Notes under the pieces: model-generated
Seen by the model: the letters and a program-made list of their open reading frames with translations, nothing else
Databases searched by the model: none
Told to the model about the DNA's origin: nothing
Origin: the human T2T-CHM13v2.0 reference genome, Homo sapiens
Length of the DNA: 64,000 nt
Assembly (NCBI RefSeq): GCF_009914755.1
Contig: NC_060937.1
Strand: one strand, 5' to 3'
In this document: positions 30,501 through 47,300 of the stretch, one piece after another
Layout: each line of letters starts with the position of its first letter
Position numbering within the stretch: the first letter of the stretch is position 1
Made by a program: the position numbers and the translations under genes

Positions 30501-33500
30501 TATCAAAGTAGCCAAACTATACATTATATACTGTACATAAAATATGAAATTACATCAAATATATATTATATTAGGTACATAAAATATGAAAGTACATGAA
30601 ATATAGATTATATACTGTACATAAAATATCAAAGTACCCCAAATATATATTACATACTCTACATGAAATATCAAATTTCACAAGCTATATATTATATACT
30701 GTACATAAAATATCAAAGTACCCAAGGTATATATTCTATACTGTACAAAAAATATCAAAGTACCCAAAGCATGTATTATATACTGTACATAAAATATGAA
30801 ATTACATCAAATATATATTTTATTCTGTACATAAAATATCAAAGTACACCAGATATATATTCTATAGTGTACATAAAATTACAAAGTACACAAACTATAC
30901 ATTATATACTGTACATAAAATATGAAATTACATCAAATATATATTAGGTACATAAAATATGAAAGTACATCAAATATAGATTATATACTGTACATAAAAT
31001 ATCAAAGTACCCCAAATATATATTATATACTCTACATGAAATATCAAAGTTCACAAACTATATATTATATACTGTATATAAAATATCAAATTACCCAAGG
31101 TATATATTCTATACTGTACAAAAAATATCAAAGTACCCAAAGCATGTATTATATACTGTATATAAAATATGAAAGCACATCAAATATATATTTTATTCTG
31201 TACATAAAATATCAAAGTACACCAAATATATATTCTATAGTGTACATAAAATATCAAAGTACCCAAACTATACATTATATACTGTACATAAAATATGAAA
31301 TTACATCAAATATATATTATATTAGGTACATAAAATATGAAAGTACATCAAATATAGATTATATACTGTACATAAAATATCAAAGTACCCCAAATATATA
31401 TTATATACTCTACATGAAATATTAAAGTTCACAAACTATATATTATATACTGTACATAAAATATCAAAGTACCCAAGGTATATATTCTATAATGTACAAA
31501 AAATATCAAAGTACCCAAAGCATGTATTATATCCTGTACATAAAATATGAAAGTACATCAAGTATATATTTTATTCTGTACATAAAATATCAAAGTACAC
31601 CAGATATATATTCTATAGTGTACATAAAATAACAAGGTACACAAACTATACATTATATACTGTACATAAAATATGAAATTACATCAAATATATATTAGGT
31701 ACATAAAATATGAAAGTACATCAAATATAGGTTATATACTGTACATAAAATATCAAAGTACCCCAAATATATATTATATACTCTACATGAAATATCAAAG
31801 TTCACAAACTATATATTATATACTGTACATAAAATATCAAAGTACCCAAAGTATATATTCTATACTGTACAAAAAATATCAAAGTACCCAAAGCATGTAT
31901 TATATACTGTACATAAAATATGAAAGTTCATCAAATATATATTTTATTCTGTACATAAAATATCAAAGTACACCAGATATATATATCTATAGTGTACATA
32001 AAATATCAAAGTATGCAAACTATACATTATATACTGTACATAAAATATGAAATCACATCAAATATATATTATATTAGGTACATAAAATATGAAAGTACAT
32101 CAAATATAGATTATATACTGTACATTAAATACCAAAGTACCCCAAATATATATTTTATACTGTACATGAAATATCAAAGTTCACAAACTATATGTTATAT
32201 ACTGTACATAAAATATCAAAGTACCCGAGGTATATATTCTATACAGTACAAAAAATATCAAAGTACCCAAAGCATGTATTATATACTGTACATAAAATAT
32301 GAAAGTACATCAAATATATATTTTATTCTGTACATAAAATATCAAAGTACACCAGATATATATTCTATAGTGTACATAAAATATAAAAGTACCCAAACTA
32401 TACATTATATACTGTACATAAAATATGAAATTACATCAAATATATTTTATATTAGGTACATAAAATATGAAAGTACATCAAATATAGATTATATACTGTA
32501 CATTAAATACCAAAGTACCCCAAATATATATTTTGTACTGTACATGAAATATCAAAGTTCACAAACTACATATTATATACTGTACATATAATATCAAAGT
32601 ACCCGAGGTATATATTCTATACTGTACAAAAAATAAGAAAGTACCAAAAGCATGTAATATATACTGTACCTAAAATATGAAAGTACATCAAATATATATT
32701 TTATTCTTTACATAAAATATCAAAGTACACCAGATATATATTCTATAGTGTACATAAAATATCAAAGTACCCAAACTATACATTATATACTGTACATAAA
32801 ATATGAAATTACATCAAATATATATTAGGTACATAAAATATGAAAGTACATCAAATATAGATTATATACTGTACATAAAATATCAAAGTACCCCAAATAT
32901 ATATTATATACTGTACATGAAATATCAGAGTTCACAAACTATATATTATATACTGTACATAAAATATCAAAGTACCCAAGGTATATATTCTATACTGTAC
33001 AAAAAATATCAAAGTACCCAAAGCATGTATTATATACTGTACATAAAATATGAAAGTACATCAAATATATATTTTATTCTGTACATAAAATATCAAAGTA
33101 CACCAGATATATATTCTATAGTGTACATAAAATAACAAAGTACAAAAACTATAAAATACATACTGTACATAAAATATGAAATTACATCAAATATATATTA
33201 AGTACATAAAATATGAAAGTACATCAAATATAGATTATATACTGTACATAAAATATCAATGTACCCCAAATATATATGTTATACTCTACATGAAATATCA
33301 AAGTTCACAAACCATATATTATATACTGTACATAAAATATCAAAGTACCCAAGTTATATATTCTATAATATACAAAAAATATCAAAGTACCCAAAGCATG
33401 TATTATATACTGTACATAAAATATGAAAGTACATCAAATATATATTTTATTCTTTACATAAAATATCAAAGTACACCAGATATATATTCTATAGTGTACA

Positions 33501-34385
33501 TAAAATATCAAAGTACCCAAACTATACATTATATACTGTACATAAAATATGAGATTACATCAAATATATATTATATTAGGTACATAAAATATGAAAGTAC
33601 ATCAAATATAGATTATATAGTGTACATAAAATATCAAAGTACCCCAAATATATATTTTATACTCGACATGAAATATCAAAGTTCAGAAACCATATCTTAT
33701 ATACTGTACATAAAATATCAAAGTACCCAAGGTATATATTCTATACTGTACAAAAAATATCAAAGTACCCTAATCAAGTATTATATACTGTACATAAAAT
33801 ATGAAAGTACATCAAATATATATTTTATTCTGTACATAAAATATCAAAGTACACCAGATATATATTCTATAGTGTACATAAAATATCAAAGTACCCAAAC
33901 TATACATTATATACTGTACATAAAATATGAAATTACATCAAATATATATTATATTAGGTACATAAAATATGAAAGTACATCAAATATATATTATATACTG
34001 TACATAAAATATCAAAGTACCCAAATATATATTACATACTCTACATGAAATATCAAAGTTCACAAACTATATATTATATACTGTACATAAAATGTCAAAG
34101 TACCGAAGGTATATATTCTATATTGTACAAAAAATATCAATGTACCCAAAGCATGTATTATATACTGTATATAAAATATGAAATTACATCAAATATATAT
34201 TATATTCTGTACATAAAATATCAAAGTATACCAGATATATATTCTATAGTGTACATAAAATATCAAAGTACCCAAACTATACATTATATACTGTACATAA
34301 AATATGAAATTGCATCAAATATATATTAGGTACATAAAATATGAAAGTACATCAAATATAGATTATATACTGTACATAAAATATA
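24546..34385 (+). repeat. Super-repeat copy D (unit 1 to ~9840)
   Basis: Constant offset +24,545 (1161->25706, 6377->30922, 8631->33176, 9500->34045); match ends at ~34,385. Confidence 0.9.
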
Positions 34386-37300
34386 AAGTACCCCAAATAT
34401 ACATTATATAGTCTACATGAAATATCAAAATACACAAACTATATATTATATAGTGTACTTAAAATATCAAAGTACCCAAGGTATGTATTCTATACTGTAC
34501 AAAAAATATCAAAGTTCCCAAAGTAAGTATTATATACCGTACATAAAATATGAAAGTACATCAAATATATATTTTATTCTCTACATAAAATATGAAAGTA
34601 CACAAGATATATATTTTATATATAATATAAATACATAAGTACATAAAATATCAAAGTACACAAACTATATATTATGTACTGTACATAAAATATGAAATTT
34701 CATCAAATATATATTAGGTACATAAAATATGAAAGTACATCAAATATAGATTGTATACTGTACATAAAATATCAAAGTACACCAAATATATATTATATAC
34801 TGAACATGAAATATCAAAGTTCACAAACTATATATTATATACTGTACATAAAATATCAAAGTACCCAAGGTATATATTCTATACTGTTCAAAAAATATCA
34901 AAGTACCCAAAGCATGTATTATATATTGTACATAAAATATGAAAGTACATCAAATATATATTTTATTCTGTGCATAAAATACCAAAGTACACCAGATATA
35001 TATTATATGGTGTACATAAAATATCAATGTACCCAAACTATACATTATATACTGTACATAAAATATCAAATTACATCAAATATATATTATATTAGGTACA
35101 TAAAATATGAAAGTACATCAAATATATATTTTATTCTGTACATAAAATATCAAAGTACACCAGATATATATTCTATAGTGTACATAAAATATCAAAGTAG
35201 CCAAACTATACATTATATACTGTACATAAAATATGAAATTACATCAAATATATATTATATTAGGTACATAAAATATGAAAGTACATGAAATATAGATTAT
35301 ATACTCTACATAAAATATCAAAGTACCCCAAATATATATTACATACTCTACATGAAATATCAAATTTCACAAGCTATATATTATATAGTGTACATAAATT
35401 ATCAAAGTACCCAAGGTATACATTCTATGCTGTACAAAAAATATCAAAGTACCCAAAGCATGTATTATATACTGTATATAAATTATGAAAGTACATCAAA
35501 TATATATTTTATTCTGTACATAAAATATCAAAGTACACCAGATATATATTCTATAGTGTACATAAAATAACAAAGTACACAAACTATAAATTATATACTG
35601 TACATAAAATATGAAATTACATCAAATATATATTAGGTACATAAAATATGAAAGTACATCAAATATAGATTATATACTGTACATATAATATCAATGTACC
35701 CCAAATATATATTTTGTACTCTACATGAAATATCAAAGTTCACAAACCATATATTATATAGTGTACATAAAATATCAAAGTACCCAAGGTATATATTCTA
35801 TACTGTACAAAAAATATCAAAGTACCCAAAGCCTGTATTATATACTGTACATAAAATATGAAAGTACATCAAATATATATTTTATTCTGTACATAAAATA
35901 TCAAAGTACACCAGATATATATTCTATAGTGTACATAAAATATCAAAGTACCCAAACTATACATTATATACTGTACATAAAATATGAAATTACATCAAAT
36001 ATATATTATATTAGGTACATAAAATATGAAAGTACATCAAATATAGATTATATACTGTACATAAAATATCAAAGTACCCCAAATATATATTATATAGTGT
36101 ACATGAAATATCAAACTTCACAAACTATATATTATATACTGTACATAAAATAGCAAAGTACCGAAGGTATATATTCTATCCTGTACAAAAAATATCAAGG
36201 TACCCAAAGCATGTATTATATACTGTATATAAAATATGAAAGTACATCAAATATATATTTTATTCTGTACATAAAATATCAAAGTACACCAGATATATAT
36301 TCTATAGTGTACATAAAATAACAAAGTACAAAAACTATAAATTATATTCTGTACATAAAATATGAAATTACATCAAATATATATTGGTACATAAAATATG
36401 AAAGTACATCCAATATAGATTATATACTGTACATAAAATATCAATGTACCACAAATATATATTTTATACTCTACATGAAATATCAAAGTTCACAAACCAT
36501 ATATTATATACTGTACATAAAATATCAAAGTACCCAAGGTATATATTCTATACTGTACAAAAAATATCAAAGTACCCAAAGCATGTATTATATACTGTAC
36601 ATAAAATATGAAAGTACATCAAATATATATTTTATTCTGTACATAAAATATCAAAGTACACCAGATATATATTCTATAGTGTACATAAAATATCAAAGTA
36701 CCCAAACTATACATTATATACTGTACATAAAATATGAAATTACATCAAATATATATTATATTAGGTACATAAAATATGAAAGTACATCAAATATAGATTA
36801 TATACTGTACATAAAATATCAAAGTACCCCAAATATATATTATATACTGTATATGAAATATCAAAGTTCACAAACTATATATTATATACTGTACATAAAA
36901 TATTAAAGTACCCAAGGTATATATTCTATACTGCACAAAAAAATCAAAGTACCCAAAGCATGTATTATATACTGTATATAAAATATGAAAGTACATCAAA
37001 TATATATTTTATTCTGTACATTATATATCAAAGTACACCAGATATATATTCTATAGTGTACATAAAATAACAAAGTACACAAACTATAAATTATATACTG
37101 TACATAAAATATGAAATTACATCAAATATATATTAGGTACATAAAATATGAAAGTACATCAAATATAGATTATATACTGTACATAAAATATCAATGTACC
37201 CCAAATATATATTTTATACTCTACATGAAATATCAAAGTTCACAAACCATATATTGTATACTGTACATAAAATATCAAAGTACCAAAGGTATGTATTCTA

Positions 37301-40300
37301 TACTGTACAAAAAATATCAAAGTACCCAAAGCATGTATTATATACTGTACATAAAATATGAAAGTACATCAAAAATATATATTTAATTCTGTACATAAAA
37401 TATCAAAGTACCCAAGGTATATATTCTATACTGTACAAAAAATATCAAAGTACCCAAAGCATGTATTATATACTGTACATAAAATATGAAAGTACATCAA
37501 ATATATATTTTATTCTGTACATAAAATATCAAGGTACACCAGATATATATTCTATAGTGTACATAAAATATCAAAGTACCCAAAGTATAAATTATATACT
37601 GTACATAAAATATGAAATTACATCAAATATATATTATATTAGGTACATAAAATATGAAAGTACATCAAATATAGATTATATACTGTACATTAAATACCAA
37701 AGTACCCGAAATATATATTTTATACTGTACATGAAATATCAAAGTTCACAAACTATATGTTATATACTGTACATAAAATATCAAAGTACCCGAGGTATAT
37801 ATTCTATACTGTACAAAAAATATCAAAGTACCCAAAGCATGTATTATATACTGTACATAAAATATGAAAGTACATCAAATATATATTTTATTCTGTACAT
37901 AAAATATCAAAGTACACCAGATATATATTCTATAGTGTACATAAAATATAAAAGTACCCAAACTATACATTATATACTGTACATAAAATATGAAATTACA
38001 TCAAATATATTTTATATTAGGTACATAAAATATGAAAGTACATCAAATATAGATTATATACTGTACATTAAATACCAAAGTACCCCAAATATATATTTTA
38101 TACTGTACATGAAATATCAAAGTTCACAAACTACATATTATATACAGTACATATAATATCAAAGTAACCGAGGTATATATTCTATACTGTACAAAAAATA
38201 ACAAAGTACCAAAAGCATGTAATATATACTGTACCTAAAATATGAAAGTACATCAAATATATATTTTATTCTTTACATAAAATATCAAAGTACACCAGAT
38301 GTGTATTCTATAGTGTACATAAAATATCAAAGTACCCAAACTATACATTATATACTGTACATAAAATATGAAATTACATCAAATATATATTAGGTACATA
38401 AAATATGAAAGTACATCAAATATAGATTATATACTGTACATAAAATATCAAAGTACCCCAAATATATATTATATACTGTACATGAAATATCAGAGTTCAC
38501 AAACTATATATTATATACTGTACATAAAATATCAAAGTACCCAAGGTATATATTCTATACTGTACAAAAAATATCAAAGTACCCAAAGCATGTATTATAT
38601 ACTGTACATAAAATATGAAAGTATATCAAATATATATTTTATTCTGTACATAAAATATCAAAGTACACCAGATATGTATTCTATAGTGTACATAAAATAA
38701 CAAAGTACAAAAACTATAAAATATATACTGTACATAAAATATGAAATTACATCAAATATATATTAAGTACATAAAATATGAAAGTACATCAAATATAGAT
38801 TATATACTGTACATAAAATATCAATGTACCCCAAATATATATGTTATACTCTACATGAAATATCAAAGTTCACAAACCATATATTATATACTGTACATAA
38901 AATATCAAAGTACCCAAGTTATAAATTCTATACTATATAAAAAATATCAAAGTACCCAAAACATGTATTATATACTGTACATAAAATATGAAAGTACATC
39001 AAATATATATTTTATCCTTACATAAAATATCAAAGTACACCAGATATATATTCTATAGTGTACATAAAATATCAAAGTACCCAAACTATACATTATATAC
39101 TGTACATAAAATATGAGATTACATCAAATATATATTATATTAGGTACATAAAATATGAAAGTACATCAAATATAGATTATATACTGTACATAAAATATCA
39201 AAGTACCCCAAATATATATTATATACTCTACATGAAATATCAAAGTTCACAAACTATATATTATATACTGTACATAAAATATCAAAGTACCCAAGGTGTA
39301 TATTCTATACTGTACAAAAAATAACAAAGTACCAAAAGCATGTATTATATACTGTACCTAAAATATGAAAGTACATCAAATATATATTTTATTCTGTACA
39401 TAAAATATCAAAGTACACTAGATATATATTCTATAGTGTACATAAAATACCAAAATACCCAAACTATACATTATATACTGTACATAAAATATGAGATTAC
39501 ATCAAATATATATTATATTAGGTACATAAAATATGAAAGTACATCAAATATAGATTATATACTGTACATAAAATATCAAAGTACCCCGAATATATATTAT
39601 ATACTCTACATGAAATATCAAAGTTCACAAACTATATATTATATACTGTACATAAAATATCAAAGTACCCAAGGTATATATTCTATACTGTACAAAAAAT
39701 ATCAAAGTACCCAAAGCATGTATTATATACTGTATATAAAATAAGAAAGTACATTAAATATATATTTTATTCTGTACATAAAATATCAAAGTACACCAGA
39801 TATATATTCTATAGTGTACATAAAATAACAAAGTACACAAACTATACATTATATACTGTACATAAAATATGAAATTACATCAAATATATATTAGGTACAT
39901 AAAATAGGAAAGTACATCAAATATAGATTATATACTGAACATATAATATCAATGTACCCCAAATATATATTTGATACTCTACATGAAATATCAAATTTCA
40001 GAAACCATACATTATATACTGTACATAAAATATCAAAGTACCCAAGGTATATATTCTATACTGTACAAAAAATATCAAAGTACCCAAAGCATGTATTATA
40101 TACTGTACATAAAATATGAAAGTACATCAAATATATATTTTATTCTGTACATAAAATATCAAAGTACACCAGATATATATTCTATAGTGTACATAAAATA
40201 TCAAAGTACCCAAACTATACATTATATACTGTATATAAAATATGAAATTACATCAAATATATATTAGGTACATAAAATATGAAAGTACATGAAATATAGA

Positions 40301-43300
40301 TTATATACTGTACATAAAATATCAAAGTACCCCAAATATATATTATATACTGTACATGAAATATCAAAGTTCACAACTATATATTACATACTGTACATAA
40401 AATATCAAAGTACCCAAGGTATATATTCTATACTGTACAAAAAATATCAAAGTACCCAAAGCATGTATTATATACTGTACATAAAATATGAAAGTACATA
40501 AAATATATATTTTATTCTGTACATAAAATATCAAAGTACACTAGATATATATTCTATAGTGTATATAAAATATCAAAGTACCCAAACTATACATTATATA
40601 CTGTACATAAAATATGAAATTACATCAAATATATATTATATTAGGTACATAAAATATGAAAGTACATGAAATATAGATTATATACTCTACATAAAATATC
40701 AAAATACCCCAAATATATATTATATACTGTACATGAAATATCAAAGTTCACAACTATATATTACATACTGTACATAAAATATCAAAGTACCCAAGGTATA
40801 TATTCTATAGTGTACAAAAAATATCAAAGTACCCAAAGCATGTATTATATACTGTACATAAAATATAAAATTACATTAATATATATTTTATTCTGTACAT
40901 AAAATATCAAAGTACACCAGATATATATACTATAGTGTACATAAAATATCAAAGTACCCAAACTATACATTATACACTGTACATAAAATATGAAATTACA
41001 TCAAATATATATTAGGTACATAAAATACGAAAGTACATCAAATATAGATTATATATTGTACATACAATATCAATGTACCCCAAATATATATTTTATACTC
41101 TACATGAAATATCAAAGTTCACAAACCATATATTATATACTGTACATAAAATATCATTGTAACCAAGGTATATATTCTATACTGTACAAAAAATATCAAA
41201 GTACCCAAAGCATGTATTATATACTGCACATAAAATATGAAATAACATCAAATATATATTTTATTCTGTACATAAAATATCAAAGTACACCAGATATATA
41301 TTCTATAGTGTACATAAAATATCAAAGTACCCAAACTACAAATTTTATACTTTACATAAAATATGAAATTACATCAAATATATATTAGGTACATAAAATA
41401 TGAATGTACATCAAATATAGATTATATACTGTACATAAAATATCAAAGTACCCCAAATATATATTATATACTGTACATGAAATATCAAAGTTCACAATCT
41501 ATATATTATATACTGTACATAAAATATCAAAGTACCCAAGGTATATATTCTATACTGTACAAAAAATATCAAAGTACCCAAAGCATGTATTATATACTGT
41601 ACATAAAATATGAAAGTACATCAAATATATATTTTATTCTGTACATAAAATATCAAAGTACACCAGATATATATTCTATAGTGTACATAAAATATCAAAG
41701 TACCCAAACTATACATTATATACTGTACATAAAATATGAAATTACATCAAATATATATTATATTAGGTACATAAAATATGAAAGTACATCAAATATAGAT
41801 TATATACAGTACATTAAATACCAGAGTACCCCAAATATATATTTTATGCTGTACATGAAATATCAAAGTTCACAAACTATATATTATATACTGTAAATAA
41901 AATATCAAAGTACCCAAGGTATATATTCTATACTGTACATAAAATATCAAAGTACCCAAGGTATATATTCTATACTGTACAAAAAATATCAAAGTACCCA
42001 AATCATGTATTATATACTGTACATAAAATATGAAAGTACATCAAATATATATTTTATTCTGTACATAAAATATCAAAGTACACCAGATATATATTCTATA
42101 GTGTACATAAAATAACAAAGTACACAAACTATAAATTATATACTGTACATAAAATATGAAATTACATCAAATATATATTAGGTACATAAAATATGAAAGT
42201 ACATCAAATATAGATTATATACTGTACATAAAATATAAAAGTACCCGAAATATATATTATATACTGTACATGAAATATCAAAGTTCACAAACTATATATT
42301 ATATACTGTACATAAAATATCAAAGTACTCAAGGTATATATTCTATACTGTACAAAAAATATCAAAGTACCCAAAGCATGTATTATATACTGTACATAAA
42401 ATATGAAAGTACATCAAATATATATTTTATTCTGTACATAAAATATCAATGTACACCAGATATATATTCTATAGTGTAAATAAAATATCAAAGTACCCAA
42501 ACTATACATTATATACTGTACATAAAATATGAAATTACATCATATGTATATTATATTAGGTACATAAAATATGAAAGTACATCAAATATAGATTATATAC
42601 TGTAAATTAAATACCAAAGTACCCCAAATATATATTTTATACTGTACATGAAATATCAAAGTTCACAAACCATATATTATATACTGTACATAAAATATCA
42701 AAGTACCCAAGGTATATATTCTATACTGTACAAAAAATATCAAAGTACCCAAAGCATGTATTATATATGGTACATAAAATATGAAAGTACATCAAATATA
42801 TATTTTATTCTGTACATAAAAAATCGAAGTACACCAGATATATATTCTATAGTGTACATAAAATATAAAAATACCCAAACTATACATTATATACTGTACA
42901 TAAAATATGAAATTACATCAAATATATATTATATTAAGTACATAAAATATGAAAGTACATCAAATATAGATTATATACTGTACATATAATATCAATGTAC
43001 CCCAAATATATATTTTATACTCTACATGAAATATCAAAGTTCACAAACCATATATTATATACTGTACATAAAATATCAAAGTAACCAAGGTATATATTCT
43101 ATACTGTACAAAAAATATCAAAGTACCCAAAGCATGTATTATATACTGTACATAAAATATGAAAGTACATCAAATATATATTTTATTCTGTACATAAAAT
43201 ATCAAAGTACACCAGATATATATTCTGTAGTGTACATAAAATATCAAAGTACCCAAACAATAAATTATATACTTTACATAAAATATGAAATTACATCAAA

Positions 43301-44349
43301 TATATATTAGGTACATAAAATATGAAAGTACATCAAATATAGATTATATACTGTACATAAAATATCAAAGTACCCCAAATATATATTATACACTGTACAT
43401 GAAATATCAAAGTTCACAAACTATATATTATATACTGTACATAAAATATCAAAGTACCCAAGGTATATATTCTATACTGTACAAAAAATATCAAAGTACC
43501 CAAAGCATGTATTATATACTGTACATAAAATATGAAAGTACATCAAATATATATTTTATTCTGTACATAAAATATCAATGTACACCAGATATATATTCTA
43601 TAGTGTAAATAAAATATCAAAGTACCCAAACTATACATTATATACTGTACATAAAATATGAAATTACATCATATGTATATTATATTAGGTACATAAAATA
43701 TGAAAGTACATCAAATATAGATTATATACTGTAAATTAAATACCAAAGTACCCCAAATATATATTTTATACTGTACATGAAATATCGAAGTTCACAAACT
43801 ATATATTATATACTGTACATAAAATATCAAAGTTCCCAAGGTATATATTCTATACTGTACAAAAAATATCAAACTACCCAAAGCATGTATTATATACAGT
43901 ATATAAAATATGAAAGTACATCAAATATATATTTTATTCTGTACATAAAATATCAAAGTATACCAGATATATATTCTACAGTGTACATAAAATATCAAAG
44001 TACTCAAACTATACATTATATACTGTACATAAAATATGAAATTACATCAAATATATATTAGGTACATAAAATATGAAAGTACATCAAATATAGATTATAT
44101 ACTGTACATAAAATACCAAACTACCCCAAATATATATTATATACTGTACATGAAATACCAAAGTTCACAAACTATGTATTATATACTGTACATAAAATAT
44201 CAAAGTACCCAAGGTATATATTCTATACTGTACAAAAAATATCAAAGTACCCAAAGCATGTATTATATACTGTACATAAAATATGAAAGTACATCAAATA
44301 TATATTTTATTCTGTACATAAAATATCAAACTACACCAGATATATATTC

Positions 44350-47300
44350 TATAGTGTACATAAAATAACAAAGTACACAAACTATAAATTATATACTGCA
44401 CATAAAATATGAAATTACATCAAATATATATTAGGTACATAAAATATGAAAGTACATCAAATATAGATTATATACTGTACGTAAAATACCAAAGTACCAC
44501 AAATATATATTTTATACTGTACATGAAATATAAAAGTTCACAAACCATATATTATATACTGTACATAAAATATCACAATACCCAAGGTATATATTCTATA
44601 CTGTACAAAAAATATCAAAGGACCCAAAGCATGTATTATATACTGTACATAAAATATGAAAGTACATCAAATATATATTTTATTCTGTACATAAAATATC
44701 AAAGTACACCAGATATATATTCTATAGTGTACATAAAATATCAAAGTACCCAAACTATACATTATATACTGTACATAAAATATGAAATTACATAAAATAT
44801 ATATTATATTAGGTACATAAAATATGAAAGTACATCAAATATAGATTATATACAGTACATTAAATACCAAAGTACCCCAAATATATATTTTATGCTGTAC
44901 ATGAAATATCAAAGTTCACAAACTATATATTATATACTGTAAATAAAATATCAAAGTACCCAAGGTATATATTCTATACTGTACATAAAATATCAAAGTA
45001 CCCAAGGTATATATTCTATACTGTACAAAAAATATCAAAGTACCCAAATCATGTATTATATACTGTACATAAAATATGAAAGTACATCAAATATATATTT
45101 TATTCTGTACATAAAATATCAAAGTACACCAGATATATATTCTATAGTGTACATAAAATAACAAAGTACACAAACTATAAATTATATACTGCACATAAAA
45201 TATGAAATTACATCAAATATATATTAGGTACATAAAATATGAAAGTACATCAAATATAGATTATATACTGTACGTAAAATACCAAAGTACCACAAATATA
45301 TATTTTATACTGTACATGAAATATAAAAGTTCACAAACCATATATTATATACTGTACATAAAATATCACAATACCCAAAGTATATATTCTATACTGTACA
45401 AAAAATATCAAAGGACCCAAAGCATGTATTATATACTGTACATAAAATATGAAAGTACATCAAATATATATTTTATTCTGTACATAAAATATCAAAGTAC
45501 ACCAGATATATATTCTATAGTGTACATAAAATATCAAAGTACCCAAACTATACATTATATACTGTACATAAAATATGAAATTACATAAAATATATATTAT
45601 ATTAGGTACATAAAATATGAAAGTACATCAAATATAGATTATATACAGTACATTAAATACCAAAGTACCCCAAATATATATTTTATGCTGCACATGAAAT
45701 ATCAAAGTTCACAAACTATATATTATATACTGTAAATAAAATATCAAAGTACCCAAGTTATATATTCTATACTGTACATAAAATATCAAAGTACCCAAGG
45801 TATATATTCTATACTGTACAAAAAATATCAAAGTACCCAAATCATGTATTATATACTGTACATAAAATATGAAAGTACATCAAATATATATTTTATTCTG
45901 TACATAAAATATCAAAGTACACCAGATATATATTCTATAGTGTACATAAAATAACAAAGTACACAAACTATAAATTATATACTGCACATAAAATATGAAA
46001 TTACATCAAATATATATTAGGTACATAAAATATGAAAGTACATCAAATATAGATTATATACTGTACATAAAATATAAAAGTACCCGAAATATATATTATA
46101 TACTGTACATGAAATATCAAAGTTCACAAACTATAAATTATATACTGTACATAAAATATGAAATTACATCAAATATATATTAGGTACATAAAATATGAAA
46201 GTACATCAAATATAGATTATATACTGTACGTAAAATACCAAAGTACCACAAATATATATTTTATACTGTACATGAAATATAAAAGTTCACAAACCATATA
46301 TTATATACTGTACATAAAATATCACAATACCCAAGGTATATATTCTATACTGTACAAAAAATATCAAAGGACCCAAAGCATGTATTATATACTGTACATA
46401 AAATATGAAAGTACATCAAATATATATTTTATTCTGTACATAAAATATCAAAGTACACCAGATATATATTCTATAGTGTACATAAAATATCAAAGTACCC
46501 AAACTATACATTATATACTGTACATAAAATATGAAATTACATAAAATATATATTATATTAGGTACATAAAATATGAAAGTACATCAAATATAGATTATAT
46601 ACAGTACATTAAATACCAAAGTACCCCAAATATATATTTTATGCTGTACATGAAATATCAAAGTTCACAAACTATATATTATATACTGTAAATAAAATAT
46701 CAAAGTACCCAAGGTATATATTCTATACTGTACATAAAATATCAAAGTACCCAAGGTATATATTCTATACTGTACAAAAAATATCAAAGTACCCAAATCA
46801 TGTATTATATACTGTACATAAAATATGAAAGTACATCAAATATATATTTTATTCTGTACATAAAATATCAAAGTACACCAGATATATATTCTATAGTGTA
46901 CATAAAATAACAAAGTACACAAACTATAAATTATATACTGCACATAAAATATGAAATTACATCAAATATATATTAGGTACATAAAATATGAAAGTACATC
47001 AAATATAGATTATATACTGTACGTAAAATACCAAAGTACCACAAATATATATTTTATACTGTACATGAAATATAAAAGTTCACAAACCATATATTATATA
47101 CTGTACATAAAATATCACAATACCCAAAGTATATATTCTATACTGTACAAAAAATATCAAAGGACCCAAAGCATGTATTATATACTGTACATAAAATATG
47201 AGAGTACATCAAATATATATTTTATTCTGTACATAAAATATCAAAGTACACCAGATATATATTCTATAGTGTACATAAAATATCAAAGTACCCAATCTAT

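Noticed and set aside
10868-34385. Possibility that the near-identical multi-kb copies are assembly artefacts
   Set aside because: Copies carry distinguishing SNVs (e.g. 19015 and 20304 in C, ~31225 in D, 15872 in B) and distinct breakpoints, which argues for real duplications. Read-level confirmation is still needed.
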